From assembly GCA_003482855.1 (NCBI GenBank), contig DMXO01000002.1:112114-176113 (forward strand): 64,000 bases of DNA. Direction: 5' to 3'. This document shows, piece by piece, positions 22,701 to 31,259 of this stretch. Under the pieces are notes generated by a model that saw only the letters and a program-made list of their open reading frames with translations, was not told the origin of the DNA and searched no databases. Position 1 is the first letter of the stretch. Each line of letters opens with the position of its first letter. The DNA is from Candidatus Magasanikiibacteriota bacterium (GTDB taxonomy: Bacteria > Patescibacteriota > Patescibacteriia > Magasanikbacterales > UBA922). Made by a program: the position numbers and the translations under genes.

Positions 22701-24180
22701 TAGCAATGGTAAATGGACTGTATGTTCCATTTGACAATGACACTGTGTCTCCAGGTTTTAAACTATTAGTCAGGGCAGTGGACATATCTTCCGCGTAAAT
22801 ATTCGCATAGTCAACCACGCCATCATCGGTAACAACTATTGGAGTGTCTGTTAAACGCGTGCACGCGAAAGCGCCAACGTCATAGTCGCAATATAAGCTA
22901 TGCGGAGCAAGGTGCTGGTCATTTGCTGTGCTTGTATCTCCGGTCTTGAACCATGGTCCCGCGGTCGGCGTCTGATGCCCACCTCCGTTAACAAAAGCAA
23001 TAGTCCCACTCGTAGTTGTATTCAAATCAAGATTATAATAAGCATTATTGGCTATATAAGCAGTAAAATTACCATCAGCCCTTTCAAAATATTCTCCTCC
23101 ACCCATTGATGATCCTGATGAGGAATAAAATAAATTGTTGGTGGAAGTAACAAAAACATCATTATTCGCGCCTGCGGTACGCAAACTTAAGCAAGCAGTA
23201 TAATTTCCATCTTCATCTGATAAAACATTACATGTATTATATTGGTAAGTCAGGCTTATATCAGTAAAAGGCCACGATACACTATTACTATTTCCATAAA
23301 AACCGCGCGTACCAGCTGGAATAGTAAAATAATTACCAGAAACAAGCACATTAGTATGTGTCCCTTGAAAAGCACTGATCATTACACCACCATCTCCACT
23401 GCCAAGCGATGTGTTGAGCGTATTGGAAGTAATTGACATATTAGTTGATGTACCAAACTGTATGGCATCACCACCAAAGTCTGTCCAATATAGAGTATTG
23501 GAAGTAATAAGAGCATTATTAGTTGTTGGCAAGTCAATAATACCTCTGTTTGACATATCTACATACCGACTGTATATTTCATTATTTTGTATAGTCAAAT
23601 TATCCATGGTCATGGTTCCACTGTAACCGATTTGCTTCATGCCCGTATTATTGCTAATAGTCCAGCCTGTCACGCTGTTTAGCAAAAAAATAGTGGTCGT
23701 GGCCGTACTCGTCACTGATGTATTTCCAGTGATGAGCACATTATCCGAACCACCAAAAGCAGTGGTTATCATTACATTATTAAGCTGGCAATTTTGCAAT
23801 GTGGAACTATTGGATAATTTAATAGCGCTTGTAAAATTATCATAATTACCTGCAAAAGTAGTTGAAGCAATGGTTGCTTCATTGTGACAATCTATTGTTA
23901 TACTTGAGGTTGGAACAGTAATCGGATAATTCTCGCCAGTTGGATCATAATCTGAATAAACCCGAATGGTATCACCTTCCACTGATGCAGCTAATGCCGC
24001 GGCTATGGTCTGGTATGTGTGACTGGCTCCTACTTCAAGAGTACCCACAGCCTCAACATTTTGTGTATCATACAACTGCGGAATCAAAACACTCAAAATC
24101 GCCAAACTAAAAACAATAAGACCAAGCCAAACATTTTTTATAGCTATATAAAAAATTTTGCCTTTGATAGTGAGAGACAT
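19741..24180 (-). CDS. Giant secreted/surface protein (beta-helix-like N-terminus, Ig/Calx-beta-like domains, C-terminal repeats)
   Basis: Signal peptide, YQTIAAALAASVEGDTIRV, Asn/Thr/Ser-rich solenoid, VTEGGTTDTYTVVL..SPSTITFTSANWD, and K..DS.AIYYI-type repeats. Confidence 0.82.
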   Translation of the reverse strand: MSLTIKGKIFYIAIKNVWLGLIVFSLAILSVLIPQLYDTQNVEAVGTLEVGASHTYQTIAAALAASVEGDTIRVYSDYDPTGENYPITVPTSSITIDCHNEATIASTTFAGNYDNFTSAIKLSNSSTLQNCQLNNVMITTAFGGSDNVLITGNTSVTSTATTTIFLLNSVTGWTISNNTGMKQIGYSGTMTMDNLTIQNNEIYSRYVDMSNRGIIDLPTTNNALITSNTLYWTDFGGDAIQFGTSTNMSITSNTLNTSLGSGDGGVMISAFQGTHTNVLVSGNYFTIPAGTRGFYGNSNSVSWPFTDISLTYQYNTCNVLSDEDGNYTACLSLRTAGANNDVFVTSTNNLFYSSSGSSMGGGEYFERADGNFTAYIANNAYYNLDLNTTTSGTIAFVNGGGHQTPTAGPWFKTGDTSTANDQHLAPHSLYCDYDVGAFACTRLTDTPIVVTDDGVVDYANIYAEDMSTALTNSLKPGDTVSLSNGTYSPFTIATSSVTIDGSGVNTIISAGSGQNGITLSSADNSTIQDLVVQNASSTGVSPYIMSYSPLAIGETAYDAAAYGGFVLLHYDGAGCQQDVHLTSFTSATDVTSYDEFGVDNINVALFDSGGVKMMMWVPDSVASTEGAWESICSIAVDSWASDVFTLSNGVYSYNADALANASVPITGVAGGYTNPPTLSGGSSVVYSNIKLINSNSNTIQNVTTTDGYYGIWFNGTSASNNVSSTVFSSSDAYDIYSDATTDNNLKNVTFTSASSSIASTGNVNVYFKARGLATSTSSGLADIGMTFADGSGGSQSETVTSTAGGYTPYTDYLLSWIMTSSSIDTDNGNRNPFTVSFAGDGTYSASSTSNFTLDSPNKTATLVLAAVPSNTAPTASDAVISGTLRVGETLTGTYTFTDTDDDLESGSTYRWLVADTSGGVYSVIAGATTTTTIVSSSHAGKYLKFEVTPDDGTDAGTAATSSASAILSTVPAVTVSESTQAVTEGGTTDTYTVVLTTKPSTNVTITPSVTTGASVSPSTITFTSANWDTTQTVTVTATDNSTVDGSHSSTITHTAVSDDTDYDGATIASVTVTITDNDTSGGGSSAVPSAPSTPVSSAPTTLSITISPHTPTSVSVGNATHTITASSPDAVGDVTVTVQSDPITITLKAGEEQLVDTNKDGTDDLFVRLASADSKQVKLTLSAIVDLEMSINKALSKTNSQNVTLYLNSPDATQMAISNSNDFTNISFEPYSKTKSWILTSGNGVKTVYVKFRTTAGGTKIVSDTIEFVSQATEQKTGVCPLDIGKAYKIPDSSAIYYITEDCTRRAFKDETTYKTYFTSWSSVNNTTQTKLNLVPNDSLGFMPKGPLYNPQYGAIVKIVSDPKIYLLLGTQKYWITSPAVFEALHYAWNWIEDISTQLLDKYTTAQEINYTTHHPDYTLIKYANSPHIYRIEPNPQDQTSQVKRLIKDELIFTSLDFRWDRIVTVPDTEIYEEGEILK

Positions 24181-24374
24181 AATGATAATGATAATACAAA
24201 AAACTTTATATATAGTATACCATAAAAAGCAAGTAATACGTATATCAGATACAAAACTGTGGATAATCTTTGCCTGAATTTAGACAACCATTCATCCCCG
24301 CACTCCGGCCAACGTAAGAACTACAACAAAAAACCAACGATTAGATGACGTTGGCATTCTTGTGGGGTTTCCTA

Positions 24375-24571
24375 GTGTTTTTTATATAGCAGTGCCATCC
24401 TTCCAGTCCTTCTGTGATCTTTTAGTCTGTTCTTCAGTCAAATCAATAGTTGTATGTTGTACATTTCCATCACCTCTACCAGACTCAAACCCTGGAAAAC
24501 CTCTACGTTCTTTCTTCGCTTCATCAGAGAGAGTAAGTGTATCACGTCTTTCTTCAACAAAGGGTCTATCA
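24375..24571. repeat. Right copy of ~200-bp direct repeat
   Basis: Matches 13513-13712 with about 11 substitutions and one 3-nt indel by manual alignment. Confidence 0.9.
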
Positions 24572-24666
24572 GCTTTTGGCATATATTTCCGAACATCTCT
24601 TATGGGGCTGACAGGACTAACACGCCTATCTCCAGGTCCTGGTCCTGGTCCTTTAATTTCACTCAT
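24382..24666 (-). CDS. Hypothetical 94-aa protein
   Basis: ATG-started ORF directly after gdhA. The duplicated 3' part keeps the same frame open. Confidence 0.7.
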   Translation of the reverse strand: MSEIKGPGPGPGDRRVSPVSPIRDVRKYMPKADRPFVEERRDTLTLSDEAKKERRGFPGFESGRGDGNVQHTTIDLTEEQTKRSQKDWKDGTAI

Positions 24667-24678
24667 ATATTTGAGAAA

Positions 24679-25959
24679 TTAAGATAATGTTTTTTTAAGT
24701 CCCTGTGCTACACGCTCAATTGCTTTGACAAATGCTGCTGTTCGCATATCAATTCCATATTTTTCTTTAGTATCCCACACTTCGTTGAATGCATCAACCA
24801 TAATCTTTTCTAATTTTTGCAATACATCTACCTCTGTCCAGTGTTCACCTTTGACATTTTGATCCCATTCAAAATAACTCACCGTCACCCCACCAGCATT
24901 GGCCAAGACGTCAGGCACAATAATAATACCCTTTTCCTTCAAAATTTCATCAGCTTCAGGAGTTGTTGGACCATTGGCAAGTTCTACAATAGCTCTTGCT
25001 TTGATATTTCCTGCATTTTCTGCAGTAATTTGGTTTTCGAGAGCGGCAGGTACCAAAATATCTACGTCAAGCTCAAGCAGATCTTCGTTGGTAATATGTT
25101 TGCATGGTCCTTCATGGGGGACTTCACTCAGTGAACACGCATTACCCAGACAATAGCATGCAAGTGGGCTACCTGTCTTTTTTATCTCCTCTACTTTGTC
25201 AGGATCAAGACCATGTTCATCATAAAATACACCACCCTGTGAATCACTCACTGCAACAATTTTATATCCCATGTTATATAGTAATTTTGCCATAAAGCTC
25301 CCTGCATTGCCAAAACCCTGAATGGCAACTGTTGTCTCTTCAGGCTTCATATTCATTTTTTTTGCAAGTTCGCGCACACAATAGACACCGCCCTGAGCTG
25401 TAGAAAATCCTCGTCCTTCAGAGCCGCCTTGTTCTATAGGTTTGCCGGTAATGACCCCGGGGTCAGCATGCCCAACCAATTTTTCATATTCATCACGCAT
25501 CCATGCCATAATTTGTGGTGTGGTGTACACATCTGGTGCAGGCACATCTTTATCAGAACCAATATCACGCCAAATCTTTTGGATATATGTGCGAGACATG
25601 CGTTCAAGCTCACCTATTGATAACTCTTTTGGATTTACAATAATGCCACCCTTTCCTCCGCCCATAGGAATATTGACTGTCGCACATTTCACCATCATCC
25701 AAAAAGATAATGCTTTGACTTCATCAAGCGTTACATTCCAATGATAGCGAATACCGCCTTTGTAAGGGCCAAGTGTATTATTATATTGAGAACGATAACC
25801 AGTGAATATTTTTATTTCTCCATTATCCATCTTGACCGGTATAGAGACAGTCAACACACGCTCCGGCTGTTTCAAGACTTCATGAACATCCTTATCAAGG
25901 TTCATTATTTTGGCCGCTTTATTGAGTTGAGACATGGCGTTTTCAAACGGGTTTGACAT
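24679..25959 (-). CDS. gdhA: Glu/Leu/Phe/Val dehydrogenase (glutamate dehydrogenase)
   Basis: GPYKGGIR, GGGKGG, DVPAPDV, IQGFGNAG, ANGPTT and PDVLANAGGVTVSYFEW motifs. Confidence 0.95.
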   Translation of the reverse strand: MSNPFENAMSQLNKAAKIMNLDKDVHEVLKQPERVLTVSIPVKMDNGEIKIFTGYRSQYNNTLGPYKGGIRYHWNVTLDEVKALSFWMMVKCATVNIPMGGGKGGIIVNPKELSIGELERMSRTYIQKIWRDIGSDKDVPAPDVYTTPQIMAWMRDEYEKLVGHADPGVITGKPIEQGGSEGRGFSTAQGGVYCVRELAKKMNMKPEETTVAIQGFGNAGSFMAKLLYNMGYKIVAVSDSQGGVFYDEHGLDPDKVEEIKKTGSPLACYCLGNACSLSEVPHEGPCKHITNEDLLELDVDILVPAALENQITAENAGNIKARAIVELANGPTTPEADEILKEKGIIIVPDVLANAGGVTVSYFEWDQNVKGEHWTEVDVLQKLEKIMVDAFNEVWDTKEKYGIDMRTAAFVKAIERVAQGLKKTLS

Positions 25960-26050
25960 ATATACAAGTTCAAAATTTAAAAATTAAAACTCAAAGTTGC
26001 CTTTATAGTGTACGCCGCTTTTTATAGCTTTGCAAGAGGTGGACAAATAC

Positions 26051-26079
26051 TTGACAAAAACCTTATTTTATGCTATAAT
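26051..26079 (+). promoter_or_regulatory. Consensus sigma70 promoter
   Basis: TTGACA-17 nt-TATAAT with extended TGn. Confidence 0.8.
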
Positions 26080-26126
26080 TTTTTAATATTTTTAATATAA
26101 ATCATTTATTTTAATTTTTCATTTAT

Positions 26127-26417
26127 ATGGTAAAATCCTTAAAAACATTGGTGGCCATAACTGTCTTATTTTCACTCTCTCTTGTATTACTTCCCCAAAA
26201 GACAAGCGCGGCTATAGACATGGAACGTATGTATTTTCCACATGCTGAAAATGCACAATCATTCTATCCAAGTAAATATATCGCAGGTGTTGCAAAAATT
26301 CAAACAGACACAGATATGGATGATTACAGCGGTGATGTAGTGGCTCCACATATAAACAATACTTTTATAAATATACATCCTACAATCACACGATTTGTCT
26401 GTACCATCTGCAAATAA
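26127..26417 (+). CDS. Hypothetical secreted 96-aa protein
   Basis: Signal peptide (..TSA|A), consensus promoter upstream and hairpin downstream. Confidence 0.7.
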   Translation: MVKSLKTLVAITVLFSLSLVLLPQKTSAAIDMERMYFPHAENAQSFYPSKYIAGVAKIQTDTDMDDYSGDVVAPHINNTFINIHPTITRFVCTICK

Positions 26418-26426
26418 CCAACATAT

Positions 26427-26457
26427 AAAAATATCCCGATTCAGTCGGGATATTTTT
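26427..26457. terminator. Bidirectional terminator-like hairpin with TCCCGA..TCGGGA core
   Basis: AAAATATCCCGA-TTCAG-TCGGGATATTTT between convergent genes. Confidence 0.7.
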
Positions 26458-26474
26458 ATTATACGTTTAGAACA

Positions 26475-27455
26475 TTACATTTCCAATTTCTTATTTCCAC
26501 GCCGCCTCACAATCCTGACAATCACCCACACCACAAGTATAATTACCAACCACAGCGGAATATACACCACAATCCAAATCACAAAATTGACAAACCCTTG
26601 TCCCACATCTACCAAAGAGCGGAATGCCTCTTTTACCTGGGCCCACGGCTTCCATTGATCTTCATCATCCCATGCAGGCAATACCTCTGGATTCGTAGAC
26701 AAATATATAGTCAATGTAGACAAATCAGCACTCTGACGCAAATACTTCATACGCCCTTCAATACGATCAATCTCCCCGCGAACCCATGAGAGTTCACGTT
26801 GTACAGCTAGGACATCTTCAATTGCTACAGCTCGTTTCATAATTTCCAAAAATTGATTTTCTGTTGCGCGCAAATTTTTGATTTGAGCATCAAGATCTAC
26901 ATATTCCTCAGTCACATCCTGACCATACATTGCTTGGCTCGTCACTTCACCATATGATTTCACCTGCTCGATACTTTCATCAAAAGATGCCACAGGTATA
27001 CGGATCGTGATATTGCCATACAATGTAAGACCTGACTTACTTATATCACTCGAAACTACAAAACCACCTTTCTCCAAGGTATAACTATTTATTTTTTGTA
27101 TTGCTTCACGCACATTGTCCACAACAAGAGACATATTTCCTGTCTTCACAATAAGCCTGTCCTGAGTTGGTGTAGCATCAGAATCAGCTGTCCCAGAACT
27201 AGGAACATTTTGTGCTGAAGGAGACGATGGCTCAGCATTTCGTACCATCTTGGCTGAATCTCGAGCTGCCATACCAGCTGACTCACTTACCACAGCGAGA
27301 CCAAACTGATCATCCATTGCGTATCCTTCTTCATAATCATATGAACCAGCTGTCTCATATACTTCGTTATTAACAAATTTGTATCCCAATACAACAAGCA
27401 CTAGGACGAGTATGGATGCACCAATACCCAAACCCCATTTGAGACCTTTTGACAT
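26475..27455 (-). CDS. DUF4349 domain-containing membrane protein
   Basis: RLIVKTGNMSL, ITIRIP, QDVTEEYVDLDA, VQRELSWVRGEIDRIEG and a C-terminal TM. Confidence 0.85.
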   Translation of the reverse strand: MSKGLKWGLGIGASILVLVLVVLGYKFVNNEVYETAGSYDYEEGYAMDDQFGLAVVSESAGMAARDSAKMVRNAEPSSPSAQNVPSSGTADSDATPTQDRLIVKTGNMSLVVDNVREAIQKINSYTLEKGGFVVSSDISKSGLTLYGNITIRIPVASFDESIEQVKSYGEVTSQAMYGQDVTEEYVDLDAQIKNLRATENQFLEIMKRAVAIEDVLAVQRELSWVRGEIDRIEGRMKYLRQSADLSTLTIYLSTNPEVLPAWDDEDQWKPWAQVKEAFRSLVDVGQGFVNFVIWIVVYIPLWLVIILVVWVIVRIVRRRGNKKLEM

Positions 27456-27643
27456 AAGATATAATTAAAAATTAAAAACAAAAATTATCTATGAATAATA
27501 TAACATAAAAATAAAATATATGAAAGAGAATTGTTAAATTGCTGTGAATTTTAACAGTTTAGCAATTTAACAATAGAATAATAAAAACAATCCTGACTGA
27601 GTCGGGATTGCTTCAAAGTATAGTACTTGGTTAAATTGTTGAA

Positions 27644-27967
27644 TTAAAGATGTTTATCAAGCATGGCTTTCAACTTTTCTTTGGGTACGCCACCAACCAT
27701 CTGGTCAACTACTTGTCCACCCTTAAATACGAGAAATGTAGGTATACTCATGACACGATATTGTCCGGCAACAGTACCATTGTCATCTACATTAAGTTTA
27801 CCAATTTTTGCTTTTGTCATTTCATATTCCCCTGCCAATTCTTCTATCACCGGGCCCATCATCTGACAAGGACCACACCAAGGCGCCCAAAAATCAACAA
27901 GTACAGGGACATCTGACTTGAGTACCTCTGCTTCAAAATTTGCATCGGTAAGAGTAATTTCTGACAT
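27644..27967 (-). CDS. trxA: Thioredoxin
   Basis: [11 protein letters not shown] and SIPT motifs. Confidence 0.97.
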   Translation of the reverse strand: MSEITLTDANFEAEVLKSDVPVLVDFWAPWCGPCQMMGPVIEELAGEYEMTKAKIGKLNVDDNGTVAGQYRVMSIPTFLVFKGGQVVDQMVGGVPKEKLKAMLDKHL

Positions 27968-28002
27968 ATAACTATAGTTTAATAATTATTGTAGTAACAA
28001 AT

Positions 28003-28803
28003 TTAATTTTGTGCCTGTTTTGGTTCTTTCTCATCCTGACCAACACCATTTGAATCTTGCGGATTATTTTCATGATCTTCTGGTTGTGCACTTTCGTCTT
28101 CACCACTACCAGCTCTTTTATTTTTATTTTCGCCATACAAAAATAAAATAGTATTGTATGGTTCCTTTTCTCCATATACGAGAGAAAACCCTTTATCATC
28201 TAAATATTGAAAGCGTAAATTCAAATTGAAATGTTCACTCTGCCCAGGAGCAATATTGATGGTCTTCGTTGCCAATTGTCGTATATCAGCCTCACGGCTT
28301 TTGGGAATTACAAAGGTTGTTGCTTTTTCAAAATCTTGAATATGACCGAGTTTTGCCGCATCAAATCCAGGCCCTTTGCCCTCATCACCTGCTGAATCGA
28401 TATTTTCGACAAGATATACATCATTGGCACCAAAGCGTCTCAAAAGCAATGCAAATGTCGCAATGATCTCACTGTGTACATGTGTATATTCCAGTTGCTG
28501 TTTTATTTCCAATTCAGCGTGTTCTGGATCATCGAGATGAGCTTCTACATCATGCGCCTTTGCCTGCTCTGCATCGGCCAATTTGCTCAATTTGGTTGCT
28601 TCACTATCGATATAACTTCTCCCTTTGAGAGGTACTACATTGGCCCATGCGTCTGGTGTATCATATAGCTTCGCCTGCAATTGTCCTCTCATATCCCGAC
28701 GCATAAGCATCTCATTGTCTTGGTATTGAGAGGGTTCCTGTCCTCCGTCAATAACTTTCAAATGTTCTCTGCCTTCACGAGAAGGACCATTCTCTGGAGT
28801 CAT
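28003..28803 (-). CDS. Hypothetical protein
   Basis: 266-aa ORF closely following infB; no recognised motif. Confidence 0.7.
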   Translation of the reverse strand: MTPENGPSREGREHLKVIDGGQEPSQYQDNEMLMRRDMRGQLQAKLYDTPDAWANVVPLKGRSYIDSEATKLSKLADAEQAKAHDVEAHLDDPEHAELEIKQQLEYTHVHSEIIATFALLLRRFGANDVYLVENIDSAGDEGKGPGFDAAKLGHIQDFEKATTFVIPKSREADIRQLATKTINIAPGQSEHFNLNLRFQYLDDKGFSLVYGEKEPYNTILFLYGENKNKRAGSGEDESAQPEDHENNPQDSNGVGQDEKEPKQAQN

Positions 28804-28809
28804 AATACT

Positions 28810-30834
28810 TTATTTAAAAACTATTTCACGTGCTTTTGTTTCCTCAGTATAAAATTCAAGTACATCACCTTCTTCAACACGTGTGTTACCTTCAAACTTC
28901 ACACCACACTCAGTTCCTCTCCCTGCTTCTTTTACTGTGCCTTGGCCTACTTTACATTCAGTGATTTTGCCAGTACCCATTACTACTCCTTCATGTTTGA
29001 CACGAGCACGTACATTTTTTATTGCTTTACCATCTTCTATCCTACCACCTACGATCATAGATCCTTTCTCTCTCCGGAAAATGGCAAGCACTTTCATAGT
29101 GCCAATTTCAGTAATAATTTTCTCATCACTCAAAAGTTTGCCCAGCTCTTCTTTGGCCCAATTTATTAAATCATAAATAATACTATACTGCAAAAAGTGG
29201 ATATGTTTTTCTCGCACGCTATCCTCTGCTACTGGCGTCAAATTTACATTAAACCCAATGATAGCAGCCTGTCCTGCTTCTGCCTTGTTCACGTCGTCTT
29301 CAGTGACATTGCCAAGTCCTTTACCCACGACTCTCACACCCACTTCATCATGTTGTATCTTACCAAGAGATGCAATAATGGCTTCAAGTGAACCAAGTAC
29401 ATCAGCTTTTACAATAAGATTAAGCATTTTCTTTTTTTCATCTTCACTATCTGTTTGGGAATCACTTATAGTCTCGCGCTCAGCACCTGTCTGTTGTGTC
29501 CTTTTTTTCCTTACATTAATCTCTGTTGCTTCAGCAGCCTTGCCTACATTGAGTACATCGCCAACCTCTGGAGCAAGTTTGAATCCTATAATCTGTACAG
29601 GTACTGAAGGACCTGCCACATCTATATTTTTCCCACTATAGCTCTTCATTGCACGCACACTACCATATATCTCTCCATTCACGACAAGTTTATCGCCTCT
29701 TTTGAGAGTACCCGACTGAATAAGAATTGTAGATACAGGGCCCATACTTTTGTCCACGTGTGACTCAATGACCGTCCCAACCGCTGGCATATGTGGGTCT
29801 GCAGTAATTTTGTCCGCATTCATATCTGCCACAAGGAGAAGGACATCAAGCAATTTATCAATATTAGTATTTTGCTTTGCAGAAATTTCGACCATAGGCA
29901 CGTCGCCGCCCCACTCTTCAGCCAAAATACCTCGCTGAGACAAATCTGTTTTTGTTTTTTGTGGATCAGCACCTTCTTTATCAATCTTGTTAATAGCCAC
30001 GACAAAAGGAAGTCTTGCCGCTTTAATAATATTGATAGCCTCTTCTGTCTGAGGCTTTACACCATCATCAGCTGCGACGATCAAAATTGCGATATCTGCG
30101 ACTTTCGCACCACGAGAACGCATCATAGTAAAGGCTTCGTGCCCTGGAGTATCAATAAAGCTCAATTCACGCTCAACCTGAGTCTTGGGATCCTTCCATA
30201 CTGTCTGATATGCACCAATATGCTGTGTAATACCACCTGCTTCAGTATCAATAATATTTGCGTGACGAATAGTATCAAGTAATTTTGTTTTACCATGATC
30301 AACATGCCCCATTACCACAATAACCGGTGCACGCCCCTCTGCATGTTCATCCATTGCCAAAGCTTCTTCAAGACTCTGAACACGTGCAGCTTCTTTTTGT
30401 TCATTCATTACTTTTTCTTCTTCTTTCTTCACTTCAAACCCAAGCTCATCAGACAAAATCGCCATCGTATCAAAATCTATATCCTGATTTTGATTTGCAA
30501 GAATACCATTTTTCATAAGCTCAGTAATGACTTGACTCACCGACATATTCAAACGCTCGGCAAACTGCCTCACCGAGAGACGCATAGGCAATACAACACT
30601 GTGACCCATTTGCTTACGTAATTCACGTTCCTTTATTTTACGTTCCTCAAGTTCTTTTCGTTGTTTTTCTTCCAAATCACGCTTAATAAATTTCCATTTA
30701 CGTTGTACCTGCTGCGCTGTCCTGTCATCTATCTTGATAGCTTTGGCGCCAATATCAAATCCATACTGCGGTAATATATCGAGTAAATCTTTGGTGTTGA
30801 TGTGGAGTGTTCGTGCTAATTCAGTAACATTCAT
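28810..30834 (-). CDS. infB: Translation initiation factor IF-2
   Basis: [30 protein letters not shown] and KADVLGS motifs. Confidence 0.97.
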   Translation of the reverse strand: MNVTELARTLHINTKDLLDILPQYGFDIGAKAIKIDDRTAQQVQRKWKFIKRDLEEKQRKELEERKIKERELRKQMGHSVVLPMRLSVRQFAERLNMSVSQVITELMKNGILANQNQDIDFDTMAILSDELGFEVKKEEEKVMNEQKEAARVQSLEEALAMDEHAEGRAPVIVVMGHVDHGKTKLLDTIRHANIIDTEAGGITQHIGAYQTVWKDPKTQVERELSFIDTPGHEAFTMMRSRGAKVADIAILIVAADDGVKPQTEEAINIIKAARLPFVVAINKIDKEGADPQKTKTDLSQRGILAEEWGGDVPMVEISAKQNTNIDKLLDVLLLVADMNADKITADPHMPAVGTVIESHVDKSMGPVSTILIQSGTLKRGDKLVVNGEIYGSVRAMKSYSGKNIDVAGPSVPVQIIGFKLAPEVGDVLNVGKAAEATEINVRKKRTQQTGAERETISDSQTDSEDEKKKMLNLIVKADVLGSLEAIIASLGKIQHDEVGVRVVGKGLGNVTEDDVNKAEAGQAAIIGFNVNLTPVAEDSVREKHIHFLQYSIIYDLINWAKEELGKLLSDEKIITEIGTMKVLAIFRREKGSMIVGGRIEDGKAIKNVRARVKHEGVVMGTGKITECKVGQGTVKEAGRGTECGVKFEGNTRVEEGDVLEFYTEETKAREIVFK

Positions 30835-30898
30835 AAAGTCTAGAACGCCAAAATGCTTATAAAGCTTAGAGGCTAATATATATAATTAATGTGCTGAG

Positions 30899-30927
30899 AG
30901 TATACGTAATTATGATAAAAAAGTCAA
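30899..30927 (-). promoter_or_regulatory. sigma70 promoter of infB
   Basis: TTGACT-17 nt-TATACT on the minus strand. Confidence 0.7.
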
Positions 30928-31109
30928 TGAAATTGCGAGGAAGGTGTCATTTAGGTCGGCGGTTTCTGTACCGCCGACAGCGACAGTACAATCCGACTTA
31001 GTCGAAGGTTTTACACCTTCTTTTCGCAATAAAAGGATCAAAAAACTACCACTCAAAAAAGTGATAGTGATTTATTATTTGGTAAATTTAAAATTTCCTT
31101 AACACACCA

Positions 31110-31256
31110 CTACTCGTCACCGTCTATACTTTTATCTTCTTCCTCAAAAACATCATGCAATTCTATATCAAATTCGTGTTCCAAAAATTGATCCTCATCA
31201 GAATGATCATCCATACCTCTATGTGTATGTGGCATCATTTTTTCCCCTCGAAACAT
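31110..31256 (-). CDS. Putative 48-aa acidic small protein
   Basis: MFRGEKMMPHTHRGMDDHSDEDQFLEHEFDIELHDVFEEEDKSIDGDE. ATG lies 3 nt after the aminotransferase stop. Confidence 0.5.
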   Translation of the reverse strand: MFRGEKMMPHTHRGMDDHSDEDQFLEHEFDIELHDVFEEEDKSIDGDE

Positions 31257-31259
31257 AAT

